From assembly GCA_040954595.2 (NCBI GenBank), contig CM082589.2:732590-796589 (forward strand): a DNA stretch of 64,000 bases, written 5' to 3'. Below the pieces are notes generated by a model. It did not search any database, was not told the DNA's origin, and saw nothing but the letters and a program-made list of their open reading frames with translations. The stretch comes from Balanoglossus misakiensis (taxonomy: Eukaryota; Animalia; Hemichordata). The translations under genes were made by a program, and so were the position numbers. Shown in pieces: positions 13,895 to 27,914 of the stretch. The first letter of the stretch is position 1. Each line of letters begins with the position of its first letter.

Positions 13895-14051
13895 CTTGAG
13901 TGAACAATATCAACAATAAAAGCATAATTCCCACCGTGACCACCACAAAAGTACCCAATAATATCATTGGAGTGTATCGCCATGACGACGTTACATTGTC
14001 CACTATCTTATAACGCGTTAAACTATCGAAACGTTTCGGACGGATATTCAT
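13895..14051 (-). CDS. Candidate signal-anchor (type II transmembrane) coding exon of unknown assignment
   Basis: MNIRPKRFDSLTRYKIVDNVTSSWRYTP-MILLGTFVVVTVGIMLLLLILF-TQG. Good acceptor (tattgttttcgatttag) before 14119; weak phase-1 donor caag|gtcgca after 13895. Unspliced, the ORF runs to a stop at 13815. Confidence 0.35.
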
Positions 14052-16337
14052 AGTGTGCTGTTGTGCATTTTTATCTTCGACTCCTTTGAAGGAGCTTCTT
14101 TCATCAGCGTTGTTGATGTCTAAATCGAAAACAATAGACAATGTCCTTATTGCTGTATGGCCGGAGGACCCGAGTACCGTAAAAGGGTGTGAGTCGTTTT
14201 ACGGCGTCGTTTTTAGGTGACGTGATATTATCATTGTCATCGAATGGAGAGTCGAAGTTGCTCAGGGACCTTGAAACTCAAAGGAAAGTGGGCCCTTAAC
14301 AATTAAAACCACTTGCAGCTAGACAAAAAGTAGAACGTTGGAACTTTAAACTTTTGTGTCTTGTAATTAGGCTACGATGATTACGATTGTGAACTGGAAC
14401 GACTGGAAGTATTCCCAATTTTGTAAAATCGCCTCACTATTGAAGATAAAAAAAACGCATTTCTAGAGTAAGTACGCAAGCAAAACCCACCTTGAATAAC
14501 AAGGTATGTCCTCTACAGACGAAAATATGCACAGGTAGTTATTTCTTGATGGACGCTCCTTCTTTGACGCGACACGGTTGAATACTAAACCCACAACCAG
14601 ATGTCCGGGATCGAATTCCCCGCGATATGGGTGTTCTCCTGGCGATATATACGCGCTATTTGTTGACTCCGATCTGGTCCGGTCCGAGGCAGCACCAAGC
14701 TATCTTACCAGCTGGCCAATGTGCTCCACCAATCCGTGACGTCACTGTCGTCTCGCTTAGGGAATGCCTTGTCAAAGTTGCACACATGGACAAACCGAAT
14801 TTTAGTTTCGTTTCACGTAGTGGGTGTGATGGCAGGAGGCTTGACACGGTCTGTTGTAACAAAAACGGGTGCGTGTGCTATGTAGACCATACATTATTTT
14901 TCCCTTAATGTAAACCACTCCGGATGAATCTTACAAAGTTGTGAAACAAAGTCTAGTTAGTGCTTTAGAGTTTTAAAGTACAGTAAACTCACGTCCCTTC
15001 CATTCTCCGAGTGTCTGAAAGGGCATTTAAGTTTAACATAAAATGAAATGTGTTTGGCCCACGAAATCCCATTTGATGACAGTAGCTATTTAGGTGGGCG
15101 AAGAAGTTCCATTATGGTGTCGGTCGCAGGTGAACTCGTCACATTTAGTAATTCAGTACAAGAATACTTGTGTATATCAACTTGCAATAACCTTCAAATT
15201 TACACCACTGTGACTAGATTTTTAAACTCGTTTACACTTTACTGAAAATGTCTACCTTTATTTCCAATTGCTTTTGACTATTACACGCATTTCTTCGAGA
15301 AAACATGGAAAAGCGCGTTGTTATTGTTCGTGCCCGGTCATTTTTGGTGTATCGTGATTTTTAGTGTTCACACGGACTTCGGTCATACATTTTTCTCGCT
15401 ATACTAAGGATCTAAAAATAAGTTAAGGTGTCACCGATATAATAACACGAATCACGTATCAAATGATTTCGTTTCTATGAACACTTCCTGTCGGTGAGCA
15501 ACCTGTATCTTCTCACGCACACCTAATCACGTGACTTTGTAGTAGAGAATAGTACATGCGCAATAGCAAATGAAATGTATTTTGTCAATTATCTTCGAAA
15601 TCACTGTAATCCATATTAAGGACAATTATACTAAATGCATATTGACTTCTACTTAACTATTAATGTTGAAGTGGCATTTAAGATTCCATTTCAAGAGAAA
15701 CCTTTCTGTGAAGGTCAAACTTTCTTCCGCCCACTCCCATTGCTTTCAAGAAAATTACACCGTCTTGTCATTTAATTGCAAATTGATCGTTGAGGTTAAG
15801 AGTACTCCTCCCAAGGATTTCAGGACTCGCGGCGCCTGAGTAGTTGTGTGGGGCGTTCTGTATGTGAACAATGTAACAAAAACATATTTTGGTCTTGGAG
15901 TTGACCTCTTTGCTATCCCGAGAATTCTACAAAACAAGTATCATACGTGGACACTGCCAATGCTTTGAACGCGTAGATCATCTTTAAAACACGGTCAATG
16001 GACCGCTGTCATCGCGAACAAGAATCAAATACTTTACTCGACCGTGGCGTTTCGATATTCGCAATGAAGTATAGTTGACATTCTGTTGATGACGCGGGTC
16101 GGTGGTACTATGTCTAAGCACGGTCATTGTCTCTTCTGAAAACTTATGCGTGATATGCGATTCATCCATACCACGAAAAACTCTTTCTGGTTCAATAACT
16201 TATCAAATTTTAACAGTCGTTGTCAGAAAGACCAAACGGTCAGCGCATGTGGAGTGGGAGAGCGCCCCCTACCATCCACACTTCTGAGACATTCTGATCT
16301 ATGACGCTCACAATCTCGAAAACATACGTATACTTAC

Positions 16338-16413
16338 CTGTTGCTAAACCACTGATGTTAAATCATCATTATTGTTCAGTATACTTCTATTTATTGTCGC
16401 CGCTTTGTGTCCA
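16338..16413 (-). other. Candidate non-coding (5' UTR) exon on the minus strand
   Basis: Perfect donor cag|gtaagta after 16338; upstream ttgttttattgctgaag acceptor-like site; stops in all three frames. Confidence 0.3.
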
Positions 16414-17530
16414 CTTCAGCAATAAAACAAATATATGCTTTCGGTATTCGAGTTTAATGAGATTTCTTTCAAGTGGCCTTACATGCATGAACGCTCTCAT
16501 TCTACCGGCAGCGTTACGAGACCGAACGAGATTATGACTGCTCATATTAAATCAGGAATTTTCTCCCATTATGTGTAAGTTGGACAGTTTTTAGGAATAT
16601 ATTTCAGGTGGTAGTGTGCTATACACTTCGATGAAAAGAAGCATTTTTGATAAAAGGCATTTCAGCACATCCGATATCAAATATCAAATAAAAGCAGTCC
16701 CTGTATACTAGTGTAATTGTAATTTTTTTATTAAGCTAAAGGGCCCATATGTCGAGATTAGCTGTTACAAACCAAAAAAATAATAAATTCACAAGTGTGT
16801 CAAGTGGTGATATGACGTCATCAGGACTGAAGTAGTGCACAAACACCAGCGAGTTGTGAAATCTAATTCGAAGAGCAAATAGTCATCTTATTTCTGATAT
16901 ATTAACTATCCAATCGAATGTTCGTCAAATTTGAAATAATTCACTTCACTGTCATTGTGATACCTCTTGACGACAGTGACGGTCACGTGGTCTTCATCAG
17001 CAATACATACTCACAGCATGAAATATCCGAGTACAATTCACCCATTCTTCTGGTAACATATGTGTGATGTTTCTTAGTCCAGTGTTTTCAAATTAGAATT
17101 TATAAAATTGGCCTGGAAACGAGACAACCTGGTGCCAAGAGATTTTTGTTGGTTTTGGCACGAAAGTTCAAGTGGTACTTGACGACATGAGGTTGTCATT
17201 TTTTCTGGAATATTCAAAGATTGATAGCGTTCCCATTTTTAGCAATTTAAGATAAGTATGTCAGGCCGTAAAAGTCACAAAAATCCAGACAACCTTCACA
17301 GAGATAGCACATATGCAAAAACTATGTCTACATTAATGTGAAATATTTTCAGATTTAGGGAATCAGCAGAAATATTTTTCCAACTCAAAGGCACTCCACT
17401 GCCAACGTGTACAAGATTTGATAATCAGTAACCAAAAGTCACCGCTGTGTAGTTGGCGCAATTCGTTCACACATGGGCAGACACAAATTTATCTTGTCCA
17501 TGAAACATCATTGCTATTTTAAAATCCGAA

Positions 17531-18099
17531 CGGAAGTCAACAATTTTGTTTGTTGTACCTGCACCTGATTTATCGAAATGCATTCTGGGTATTATGGGAT
17601 ATTGGCTGCAGACTTGATATAACTACCTTTCAAGGCAAGCTCAAATATTCTCTCAAAGCGACCGCCAACAGCTGTCATTGAAACCATCACACTAATTCAG
17701 CCAAGTAAGTCTTATTTGCTCTCCAACAAGTAGAAGAAGAGCGCTTTTAGAGTGAATCCGTCTGTCACGAGAACCACTTGAATAACGCGGTTCATCAACC
17801 TTGACTACGCTCCAATGAAGTGACTGAGTGGGTGTAAACAGTGAATTTATTTCGAGTGGCCAGAAAACCTCGTCTGACTTGGCAGAAAAAAGCGTGTTTG
17901 TAGCTGCGTTGTTCGGCCACCGATCGCGTGTTTATGAGTGCATTTCCTAAAAATCGTCAAAAGCCACCGCGCTGTCCCTCCTAAAATTTAATGGCAGAAC
18001 CTTTATGTTTGATTTGCAGAGATGTCAGATGGATTTGTTAATCCGAACACCTAAGAAGTACAATGCGTGACATCGATGACGTGGTGCCGGTTTACATAG
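17531..18099 (+). other. Promoter-like cluster with two candidate exons (ending 17704; 18020-18099) of an unidentified transcript
   Basis: ETS CGGAAGT at 17531, ZNF143-like TGCATTCTGGGTA at 17579, donor caa|gtaagt at 17705, acceptor tttgatttgcag| at 18019, donor tag|gtaagt at 18100. Confidence 0.35.
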
Positions 18100-19740
18100 G
18101 TAAGTTTGAAATTTCTCGCTATGTTACAGGTAGCTTAATTACTCTAATCTGATAATACGAATTATGCACATATTCTATCACTACCCCGTAAAACGTAAAT
18201 CACGCTATACTGAGCTTCATGCTTGTTCACAGTTATCACTTTTATCTGAGCATCGTTTAAATGTGCAGGTAGATTTGCTCAATTAAATCGGGATTATGGT
18301 CTGAAGGACGCTGTTTTCCCTCTGCAAAACTGAGCACCAGAGAAAATATTGGGAAAGTACATAACATTTGGTCTCAGAATTTGTCGATGTACTAACACCA
18401 CGAGTATATAAATATTTGAACCAAAGGCTTTGTAAGGAGGCAAGTTTAATTTTGTGGGGGTTACTAATAAAAGAGAATATTACCATCCAAGGATTTAGCG
18501 GCGAGTACTGTACTTACAGACTAAGTAATGTACATGTAATTTCAATTACGTTGGCTCCAAGGCAAAAAGAATGGCTGATATAATGTTTGTATACACTAAG
18601 GTGTACAAGTTCGTACAGGAAAAGAGGCACCCTAGGTAGCTATGTTTTAACGCAGCACGTGTAAAATGTCGTGAAAATGACAATAGTAGAAGTGAGTTTT
18701 CTAGCAATATGTAAATCATATGGGAAAAGACAAATGCGCTCACATTTGCGCTGTTGATATTTTTACGTTCTGCGCGTACATCCTTAATAAGAAAGCAAAC
18801 ATCGAAAGACCAAGTCCGGAAATCAACCTCGATGTTTTTCCCATTTGCAATAAAGAATCTGCTTACTAATCATACAATGTGGAGAAACTGAAACGTACTT
18901 TTAGATATCGCTTTGATACAACTCCAAGTAGTGGCTAGCACGAACGATATGTCGCGACAGGAGATTTTTCAATGGCGTCTTCTCAGCTTACTTCGGAACG
19001 GAAATTTCTGGATTTCCGTGATTAAACTTTTCAAGATTCGCTTTTGATCAAGTAAATGCAATGTTCATATTAGACCCATATATCTATAACACATTAGCAT
19101 GTTTTATAGGAAACACCCTGCGGTGATAATTATCAATATATTTTTGTAGTTCAGTTTTTCTTTAAAAAATAATCCAGTTTTATTTTGGATAAGGATATAA
19201 ACTTACCATCCACGCACACAAATAATCGTATTCCAAAACGAATGATAAAACGGGATACTTTTATGACAAAACATCGAATCAGAAACCTCGGCACCGGAGG
19301 TTTTCATGTAGATACATTTACTGAGTCGTTCAGAAAATAGGATAATGTTGTCCACCCTTTGGGGAATTTCTGTCTGCATACGTGGTAACTTGTTTTTTTG
19401 TGTGTTGAGCTAATATAACATACCCGACATGGTTTCCCCGGCAACCACACGTGATTTACAGCAGGTAGGAGAAACAGTCATCTGCAGTGACTGCTATATG
19501 TGAATACGTTACCTAGGTAACGGTAAATTGTAAACGCGGGATTGAATTACTGTGTGTATACAGCCCAGCTGTAACGCGGAGATTTTCTCTTTGACTTTTC
19601 ATGGCGATGGAGGATGGATTACCGCGCGTGTCATGTCGCACGAAGCGCGTTGAAAGTTCGCGTCATGTGACACGTACCCGGATGTCACACAATTGGCTGA
19701 TTGATCAAACAGTCAATCCTCATGCCAAGCTTACCACGAT

Positions 19741-19838
19741 GACACAGACGCACATATGTACACATAGACACAGACAGACACACACACAGACAGACAGACA
19801 CACAGACAGACACAAAGACAGACATACTGACACACAGA
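19741..19838 (+). repeat. Compound (CA)/(GACA) microsatellite
   Basis: gacacagacagacacacacacagacagacagacacacagacagacac... read directly. Confidence 0.85.
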
Positions 19839-22800
19839 TCCGGTACGACGTCAGCCCACGTCTTTACCACGCATAGTTCTGAAACAATCAGCGTCACGCG
19901 TTTGATAGCTACCATATCCTCGATTTGGCCTGAGTGAATTAAAAGCATTCTTTCTGAATATCAGAGTCATTTAATCTAACTGATTGCAACTATTATGATT
20001 AATACATGCTATTTGCAAGAAGAGGAGTAATTTACGGTTATTTGCGGAGAAGTAGTTTCAGCGTTTCGTTGAAATAGTTTGGTAGTTGTAGGTTAAGAGC
20101 TTCGAGAGGATTAATATTTCAGGCACCGCCGAGTGACCCCGCAACCCCTTTCTACGTAATTTCCACATTGCCTGCGTGTTCCTACAGAGCAAGAGACTTG
20201 GCAACATGCTAGGCAGAATGAATCATTTTAGTTTTATAGTTCTCCGAAACACTACAACAGTGTGGGTTGGAGATGTGGGTTGGAGATTCGAGTGGAGGGA
20301 CATACCGGGTTCAATGGTTGTGAAGTTGAATTGTTCGAGGTCAGAAGCTTTGACTTTTATGTGTAATATTGGTTGCTTTTGTCGTTTGTCAACTCTGAAC
20401 ATTTGCATCAGTTTATTCCAACTTCTGTCACATCCACCGTCATTTCTTCACCGTCATATTGGTATTAGGATAGCGTTGGCAGAAATAGCTGTTTTAATGA
20501 ATTGAACAAACATGACCCGAGGTCGTATAAAACACGGATGAACTGCAAGCGGCTATTTATAAAGACCTGTTCAGTATTTAGTTAACACGTCGATGACAAA
20601 AATAACATTCTCATTGACTGAGTGTACACACAGACATTGCTAACATTTCGATATTTGAACGTTGCTTCTCGTCTGTTAACTCAAGAATGTCAATCCATGA
20701 CGCATTTTCTGGTGGCTGAATTATTATTGGCTGACGTAATTGATTGAAAAGGGTCTGGTATGATGCAGTTAACTATTTCGTGTATCGAGGCAACCAATAA
20801 ATCATCCGCCTGCCAGTGCACATTTTAACTAAAGTCTATCCAATGAACTTTGAACATTCTGAATTTAAAAGTTTGCTTAAAGATATCTTTGTGTTCCCGA
20901 TTGCTAATGTGTTCTGGTGATAAAACTTGCACAAGAACTATTTTGTGGTAATTCGTCTGCATATAAGAGTAAATAGCGCCCTCAAATCTTTGGAGAATAC
21001 GTTCTTCTCCAAATTGGAGAATGATGAAATCGGAGATAGTCGAAGCATCGTTTGATTGGATTTCACGCGCGATGTCACCACTATCGACGGTTCATCTGAA
21101 CGGAATGTTACCTTCAAGCGAAATGAACGAATTATACCCGACAACGTTTGAAAATCCAATTTGAGCCACCTTATTTTATTTATGTGTAACGGATCAGTAG
21201 GTGTGTACGCACTTTGGTGTTGATTATCGCGTGCGGCGGATGACATTCCCCGGTAGACAGAGTCAGTACAAGACGACCAAATTCAGTTCAAAATCGTAAC
21301 GTCACACTTTGCATCAGAAACATATTTGGATTGTTGATGTGCGGAATACGGTAGCACCGAATTAATTTTTGCTGTTGCTAGCTGAATAAAACCACTGAAG
21401 CCCGCCAGCCTTCAGCATCGATGAGGGGGCCCTATATCAACAAAACAACCAATCACACAGAAACTGGTAATTTCACATTCAAATCGTACAAGTGTTTCTT
21501 CGCCAGGCAAAATTAGGTTTATGACGTCACGAAGCTGACTAAATGCAAATCAAAATGTTTCTTGTATGCCTACAATCACCTTTCATGTACATACCCGTGG
21601 GGGATGCGCTGAAATAGTTGTCTTACCAAACGTTTCCATGGAAATAGACAATTTGCATGATAGTTGGCAACTGTTAACATTTACCTCCATGTCTGTGTAA
21701 CCTACGAATTATTTTAGTCTGCGCTGTGATGTGATATACTGTAGGTGATTGTTACAATTACAGTGTGGTGTTATAAATCTAGGCTTTATTAATCGTCGAT
21801 GTAATAGAGTTTTCCGTAATGTCTTCTAACTTTATGAAAATGTGAGCAGACAACAAGCAAAAAAGGTGTGATAATTGATCTCTACTTCAAATTGATATGT
21901 TTAACATGAATATCGACATCATAAAACTTAAAACTTTAGACTTGCCAACTTTCTTCTTGAAACTTTGACATTTCTTCGTCCAAATATCGTTAGTGGTCGA
22001 AAAACACTCTTCTCCTTAAAATGATCGGACCAATTAAACGAGAAATGTAAGAAGCCACCAATGTAAAACTAGCAGTGAAATTAGTTTGTACGATATCCCG
22101 TTGCATCTAGGTACCTGGAAATATCGGGTTTGCGTGTTTTTGATTACTCGAGCCTGAGGATTTCTTACAAACCACGGACCATCGAACGCATCGTATGCAA
22201 CTTCTTCCTCATTAAATTGTCAGAACTAATAATCTATCTATGATGTTATCAAGATGCTTGGGCAAAATGATATGATTGGGCAAGGCATTTAGGGTCAGGT
22301 GACTCTCTCAAGGCTTGCATTTTATCGCTGGAGGGCGCACCGAGTCTAACTGTCGCAGCCAGAACGCAATATATAATGTGTATTAATTAACTGATACCCC
22401 ATAATTTAACAAGCCATGCTCTTTTGTATTTCAAAAAGTTTTTTAGACAAATATTATAGCTGACTGAATATTTCTGTAAAAGATATGGACAGGAATCCAG
22501 GGCAGTTGCGCACACTCGCCAACGTATCGACAGTGGAACAGAAATGTAGAATACCTATTCGAAATTTCTTGTTACGCAACACAAAATTACCGCCCATACC
22601 TCATGATCATGCCCCGTATTAAAATTCAAGGAGAAATCCCAGAACACGAGCGATAAAGTGAATACTCACTCACTTGACCGTACTTGACCTTGTGCAACGA
22701 GGCATACGCTAGAGGCAACAGAACACGGAGGAAAAATTGGCAAAGTTTGATATTTGAGAGGACATTCCCAATGGATATCGGTCAGCTTTCAGCCGGTGTT

Positions 22801-24392
22801 ATTTTTAGGTTGATTGAGGCATTCCGTATAGTGTGACTTGTAGCCCGAACGATTGGCAAGGAAGATTGATACATTGTGGAAAGTTTAATTGAAGTCCCCG
22901 GGTATCTAGTTAAAATTGGAGGAATACGTCTACTTGTCAGTCTTCAGACAAACATATAATCTGTATATATGCGTACACATCGAAGTACGGTTGAAATGAG
23001 AACGGGGAATTGCTAGAAGTTGTGTTGTTTTATTACCTATGTAGTAATGGCTTCTCGGCTCAGAATCTGGGGAATTCGTAGTGTTGGGTGATCACACCGT
23101 GGCAGCGCCGGTGTCAGACTGGCCGTTAATTCAGTAATTCGTATGGGTGTATATCTGGTGTGGGACTGGACACAGTCATGACTGACGATATGGTTAATGC
23201 ACCATGATGTACAAATTCCACTCTCCCCACGACATTATCTCAACCAAGTTGTAAATCGCTATATTCAAACTGAGAAACCCTTAGTTGAAAAATGCTAGTT
23301 GATTATAAGTACTATGTATCTATAATTGATGATGCATTTTCGCATGTTGATTTATTAAATAGGAGCGAATCATTTTTCCAGGGGACGTATCAATTATAAG
23401 CATACACCGCCATCATCTTTTGAGCTGCCGAGTTAAACTTGATATGTCTACAAAAAATCTGAGAAGATAAAAGACAATCAACGGTACGTCCTCAAATATA
23501 TGGCACGCGAACGTTTTTTGGCAAAGATAGTAAAATGTAACATCTTTTTGTTCTACAGCCAACAGTCTCTGATTCTATACCCAGCCTCTTTTTGTAAAAT
23601 CTTCTCACATAATTTATTATAAATTGAAGTCGATTTATAATGGATGAAATAGGTTTCAAGAAAATTATTCCTCATTTGGGAAAAATACTGAACTCTTATT
23701 TTCGTGAATTCGTCGCCTAGAGATATGTGCGCATTCAGCTTCATAAATGACAATTTTCTTCCGTCGCTGAATATGATATAACCTATGATTGGGAGCGACT
23801 GTTAGCATCCTGCCAGCGAGACAGGTACAATTCATCTCGGTGGAACGATATCACGACCCCCTAGGTGACCTCATCTGAGCACCCATGCGGGCCGTAAATT
23901 ACCTGAGTTGAAAACGCCGCGATATTTGCGGAGACTCAAGATTCTTGTTCCGAGACTGTCTCCTCTCACGGAAGGTCTGCAATCGGGGAAAATGACCTTT
24001 GCGAGATTGATCAGTGTGTGATATTTATGGAGGAAAAGAGCATTTTATTCTTGGTGGATAGTAACATTTTTGACTCCCAAGAGTATATTCGATGCATGGC
24101 AGAGCGATTACTTAAAAGGATGAACGCAGCACGTGATTGAAACCAATTATAATTATGCTTACATGGCAGCACGAACTATTAGTTTTGATCCAGAAGTCAT
24201 ATTTATGAAAATATACATGAATAACACTTTGAGATTAAAATTAACCGCCCACAAAGAAAAACACGACATGCGGGTGCGTTTCAGACGGATTGTGGTTTTT
24301 TTTCTCCTGTGCGAAAATGCATTTATAGGGGAAGTAGAATAGATTTCAATTTAAACATTTAGCATCTGTAGTAGGCAGAAGACGTACTTGTC

Positions 24393-24515
24393 TTGCGCAA
24401 ATGGCGTCCAGGTTTCGTTCCCTTTCTATCCCAGCATGCAGCAAACCGGAAACTGCGCCATCATTGATCCTACTGATCATGCGCTATGAACCCCGCATGT
24501 GATGGCCAGGTAGGA
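24393..24515 (+). promoter_or_regulatory. Housekeeping-type promoter motif cluster followed by a splice donor
   Basis: TTGCGCAA at 24393, AAATGGCG (YY1-like) at 24399, TCCCAGCATGCA (ZNF143-like) at 24429, CCGGAAA (ETS) at 24446, donor cag|gtagga at 24510. Confidence 0.35.
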
Positions 24516-27500
24516 AGGATTTTCGGATATTTTATACCGGTTTTATTTGTTTAACGTATAAACATGTGTCATTGTAAGAACGCCCAACCGATCATCACCC
24601 AAAGCTGCATCCGTCGAAGTTGTCAATAATTCATGTTGTCAGTTTAACCATAGCAATCGAAGCTCTTCCGGTGTCTATGGGTTCGCGTCACACTAACGTA
24701 TCCACTGATTTGAATGTAACTCCATGTTGTATGTGGGATGTCTAAAAACTAGGGAAAATGTGCTCACTCTGCACTGAATGACTGGAGACAGTACATGTAT
24801 GCATCAATGACACCATAATTGATGAAAGTGAAATTTTAATGTACATTAATATTAATGTTAACTAAGTCGTTGTGTTCAGACTTTTCTAGTTTAGGTATAA
24901 GTGGCTTGTGTTTCTCTTGAGGCATTGTTGACGTATCCGGTACTGCAAAAAAACTTTCTCTCTTAAAGCCTCTTTTGTATTTTTGTACTGGCAAGATTTG
25001 CTTTGGATCGGGAAGGAATTAGTTTCCACAAATGGGCAAGGAATTACGGGATAAGCCGTATATAATGGTTTCTTGTACTCAATATCTACAGTATTACCCT
25101 TGCCAAAAGAGATTGCTTTTCCAGTTGATGTTGCTTTCATAAAACCTTGCCCTGATTTCAGTAATACATAAACAACTTTTATCATTTCAAGTCAAATCAG
25201 AAAACAACAAAAGTGACGTCATCAGATCATATTTTTACTCGTAGTCCCTTCATGACCTAACTGTTAAGGTGTAATAGATGTTTACGCTGTCGTGTATATT
25301 GTCATCTTTTACATATTATGCGTTGAACAGGTGTTGTGCTTTGGGGAAGTCACTTTGGTCTTTGTCCTCTTTGAATGGACGTCAGTATGCACGCATTGAA
25401 GACAGTTGTGTTCTGGTGCCACCGAGCAGGCATAACCCCCTAGTGACTGTTCAAAACGTCAATATAGGTGTTCGAAAATAGCTTGGCGTTGTTAAACGTG
25501 TGGGAACGCACGATGTTCAGAAAAAAAACAGGATTATTAGCCGTTCAAGTGTTTCAGTTTGGGCGTTCAATTGCTGTTTACGTTTACAGCGTATACTTTT
25601 TTGCCACGATTGTCTAAAAACGTGGGCGCATCAGTGACGTCATCCCCCATCTTTGACGTCATCAGGTTGCAGTATATGGGGATTTATACTTTCATTAGGG
25701 GATTAACCCTGTACTTCCTTCCCATCGGTTTGCTTCACGGTTGAAATGTCGTCTCTAGATCTCGTTTTAATAAAATGTGGTTTTATACATACTTATATTT
25801 GGACATACACAATCAAAGTAACAAAACCATCGAGGTAAATTCCCAAGTTTTGCTTTGATGGTGTCATCTCTTCGTGTTTACCTCGCATGGATTTTGCAGA
25901 AATCTTATCAGATTAGCAGTGCGTGTACTGTTGACAAAGAGTTCCATAAATTGAATTTTCGGCCCAGGGTCTCCGCTGTGACTGTTTTATGAGTGTCTGC
26001 TTGGAGCAGATGCTTGTCTGTTGAAATGATAATGGCACGTTGTTAACAACGCGCATTTTCTTGGTTTATATGCCTTGAAGTGTTGAAGAGCCAAAATCCG
26101 TGCGCCTTTTGCCATGTATCTTTGCTTCTCGTGTCGTGTAATTTGAAACACGGTAAAATATAGATAACACATAGCCTATAGAAATAGTCCTACTCAGTTC
26201 AAGATGCTCACTTATCGGTGGAGGTCGAAATTGTAACTTGAAGCAGGTGAGAGACGAACATATATTACTTCCCTGTAGGTAGCTATGATTTTCCCGAGAG
26301 ATTTCCGCTCCAGAAGTCTCTCTCTACTAAATCATCTTAGGAATAGAGCGCTCCTCTTTCTTTGTACAGAAAACTTGTATTGATGAATAAGGAAGTAAGT
26401 GTCAAATTCACCCCATTGGTTTTGAAATATAACCGTTACGTTTGATAAATAGACAACCGCCATTTTATAGAGTTGTATAGTTGTTTTTATTCAATTTGAC
26501 TTTTGTCCAAATTTTACTGCAAAGGTCTGGCTGAAGACGAAAACGAATCACCGAGTTTGCTTATATCGTTCGGTAGCCATATTGTACAGTACATACCTAA
26601 TCATCATGGACAAGCAGTGTAGATACCTACAGGTGATTGAACTTGACAGACAACAAATATTTCTTCATAGAAAAGAAATCTGGAGGTGTCACCAACTCTA
26701 CGCGTAATTATAGCAATGCCTTTATTGCAAGTGAACGGGCAATCAGCGTCGCAGGCGGGAATCAAAAAAGACCATTAACTTCTCTTGATAAACAGTGGGA
26801 GGGATGATATTATTGTCGCAGTAATATCCAAGTCTGTCCGTCCGACCATCGTGTTGGTGTGAAATGCGTTTGTCATTTAATTTTAACGCTTCACCCTCCT
26901 TTGAAGGTTCGAAAATATTGCGAGATGAACTGCGATTGCAGAAATTTTGCTGGACAAGATGGCGGTTGATCATAAAGTCTGTTTTCCCGCGCAAACGTCG
27001 GCCCCGAAGCAATAACCTCGCATGTCGTGAATAAAGGCGCAAACTTTTCTTCCTTCATTGCTACTGTGAATACACATCGAGGGAACAAGTCTTTTCCATT
27101 TTCGCTCTTCTGGCCATGTATGCATTAATGAGAATTTTCAAAAACTTTTCAGTCACTGTGATATCAGGTTTTAAATTTGAAATGTGAATGTAACAAAAAG
27201 AGGCTTGTTCAGACCGTCTAGTTGCTAGTAATATTCTTTGAAATCAGACCCCACAGGCCTTCCTGTTTCATTTGCGAATTTTCAAGATTTTTGTTCAGTT
27301 TTCTTTCTCTACTCAAGGCCCGTGATTTGAAAAACGATAGCCTCAGTTGATCAAGGCTCAATTGGTCTGCTCCATCGAAAGCCATACAGTCGATAGAAAA
27401 AAAAAATCTTATTGAAGATGTAACCATAGATGAGTCAGCGATATGAATACTTGGGGAAACTTGAAAATAGGTTGCCATGATATTCTGCCGGGTCTAAACG

Positions 27501-27914
27501 TTCCATTTTAATAAGCCTCGACCAATTTAAACTTTCTGCCGTATTTTCGAGTACGTTTATCTAGCTGGCTTTTGTGAATTTTCAGACAAGTACACAAGAC
27601 TGCTTTATAAGGGACCTGTCACCCTTCACCACCTGTCGGGGCGGCGGGAAATACAGCTGAACACGGGAGCTGTTCTGTCTGCCTCCCCGGCACGGTGCTT
27701 TTCAAGTTCACCTCAGTTTCCGTTGGGAGACATGTTCACATTTTAGGCATAAGTGATCAAATGTGGCAAACCCATCAGCCAAGGTCCGGCCATGTGACTG
27801 ATTTCCCGTTGTTTATCGAATGGATGACACAGTTTATTCGATTACCATGAGAGCGATCATAATGAGATTATGCAGACGACATTACCAAGTGCACTGACAT
27901 GAAATAATTTAAGT

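Noticed and set aside
16330-16340. U1 snRNA 5' end (ATACTTACCTG)
   Set aside because: Only 11 nt match and the rest is unlike U1; it is the complement of a perfect minus-strand splice donor.
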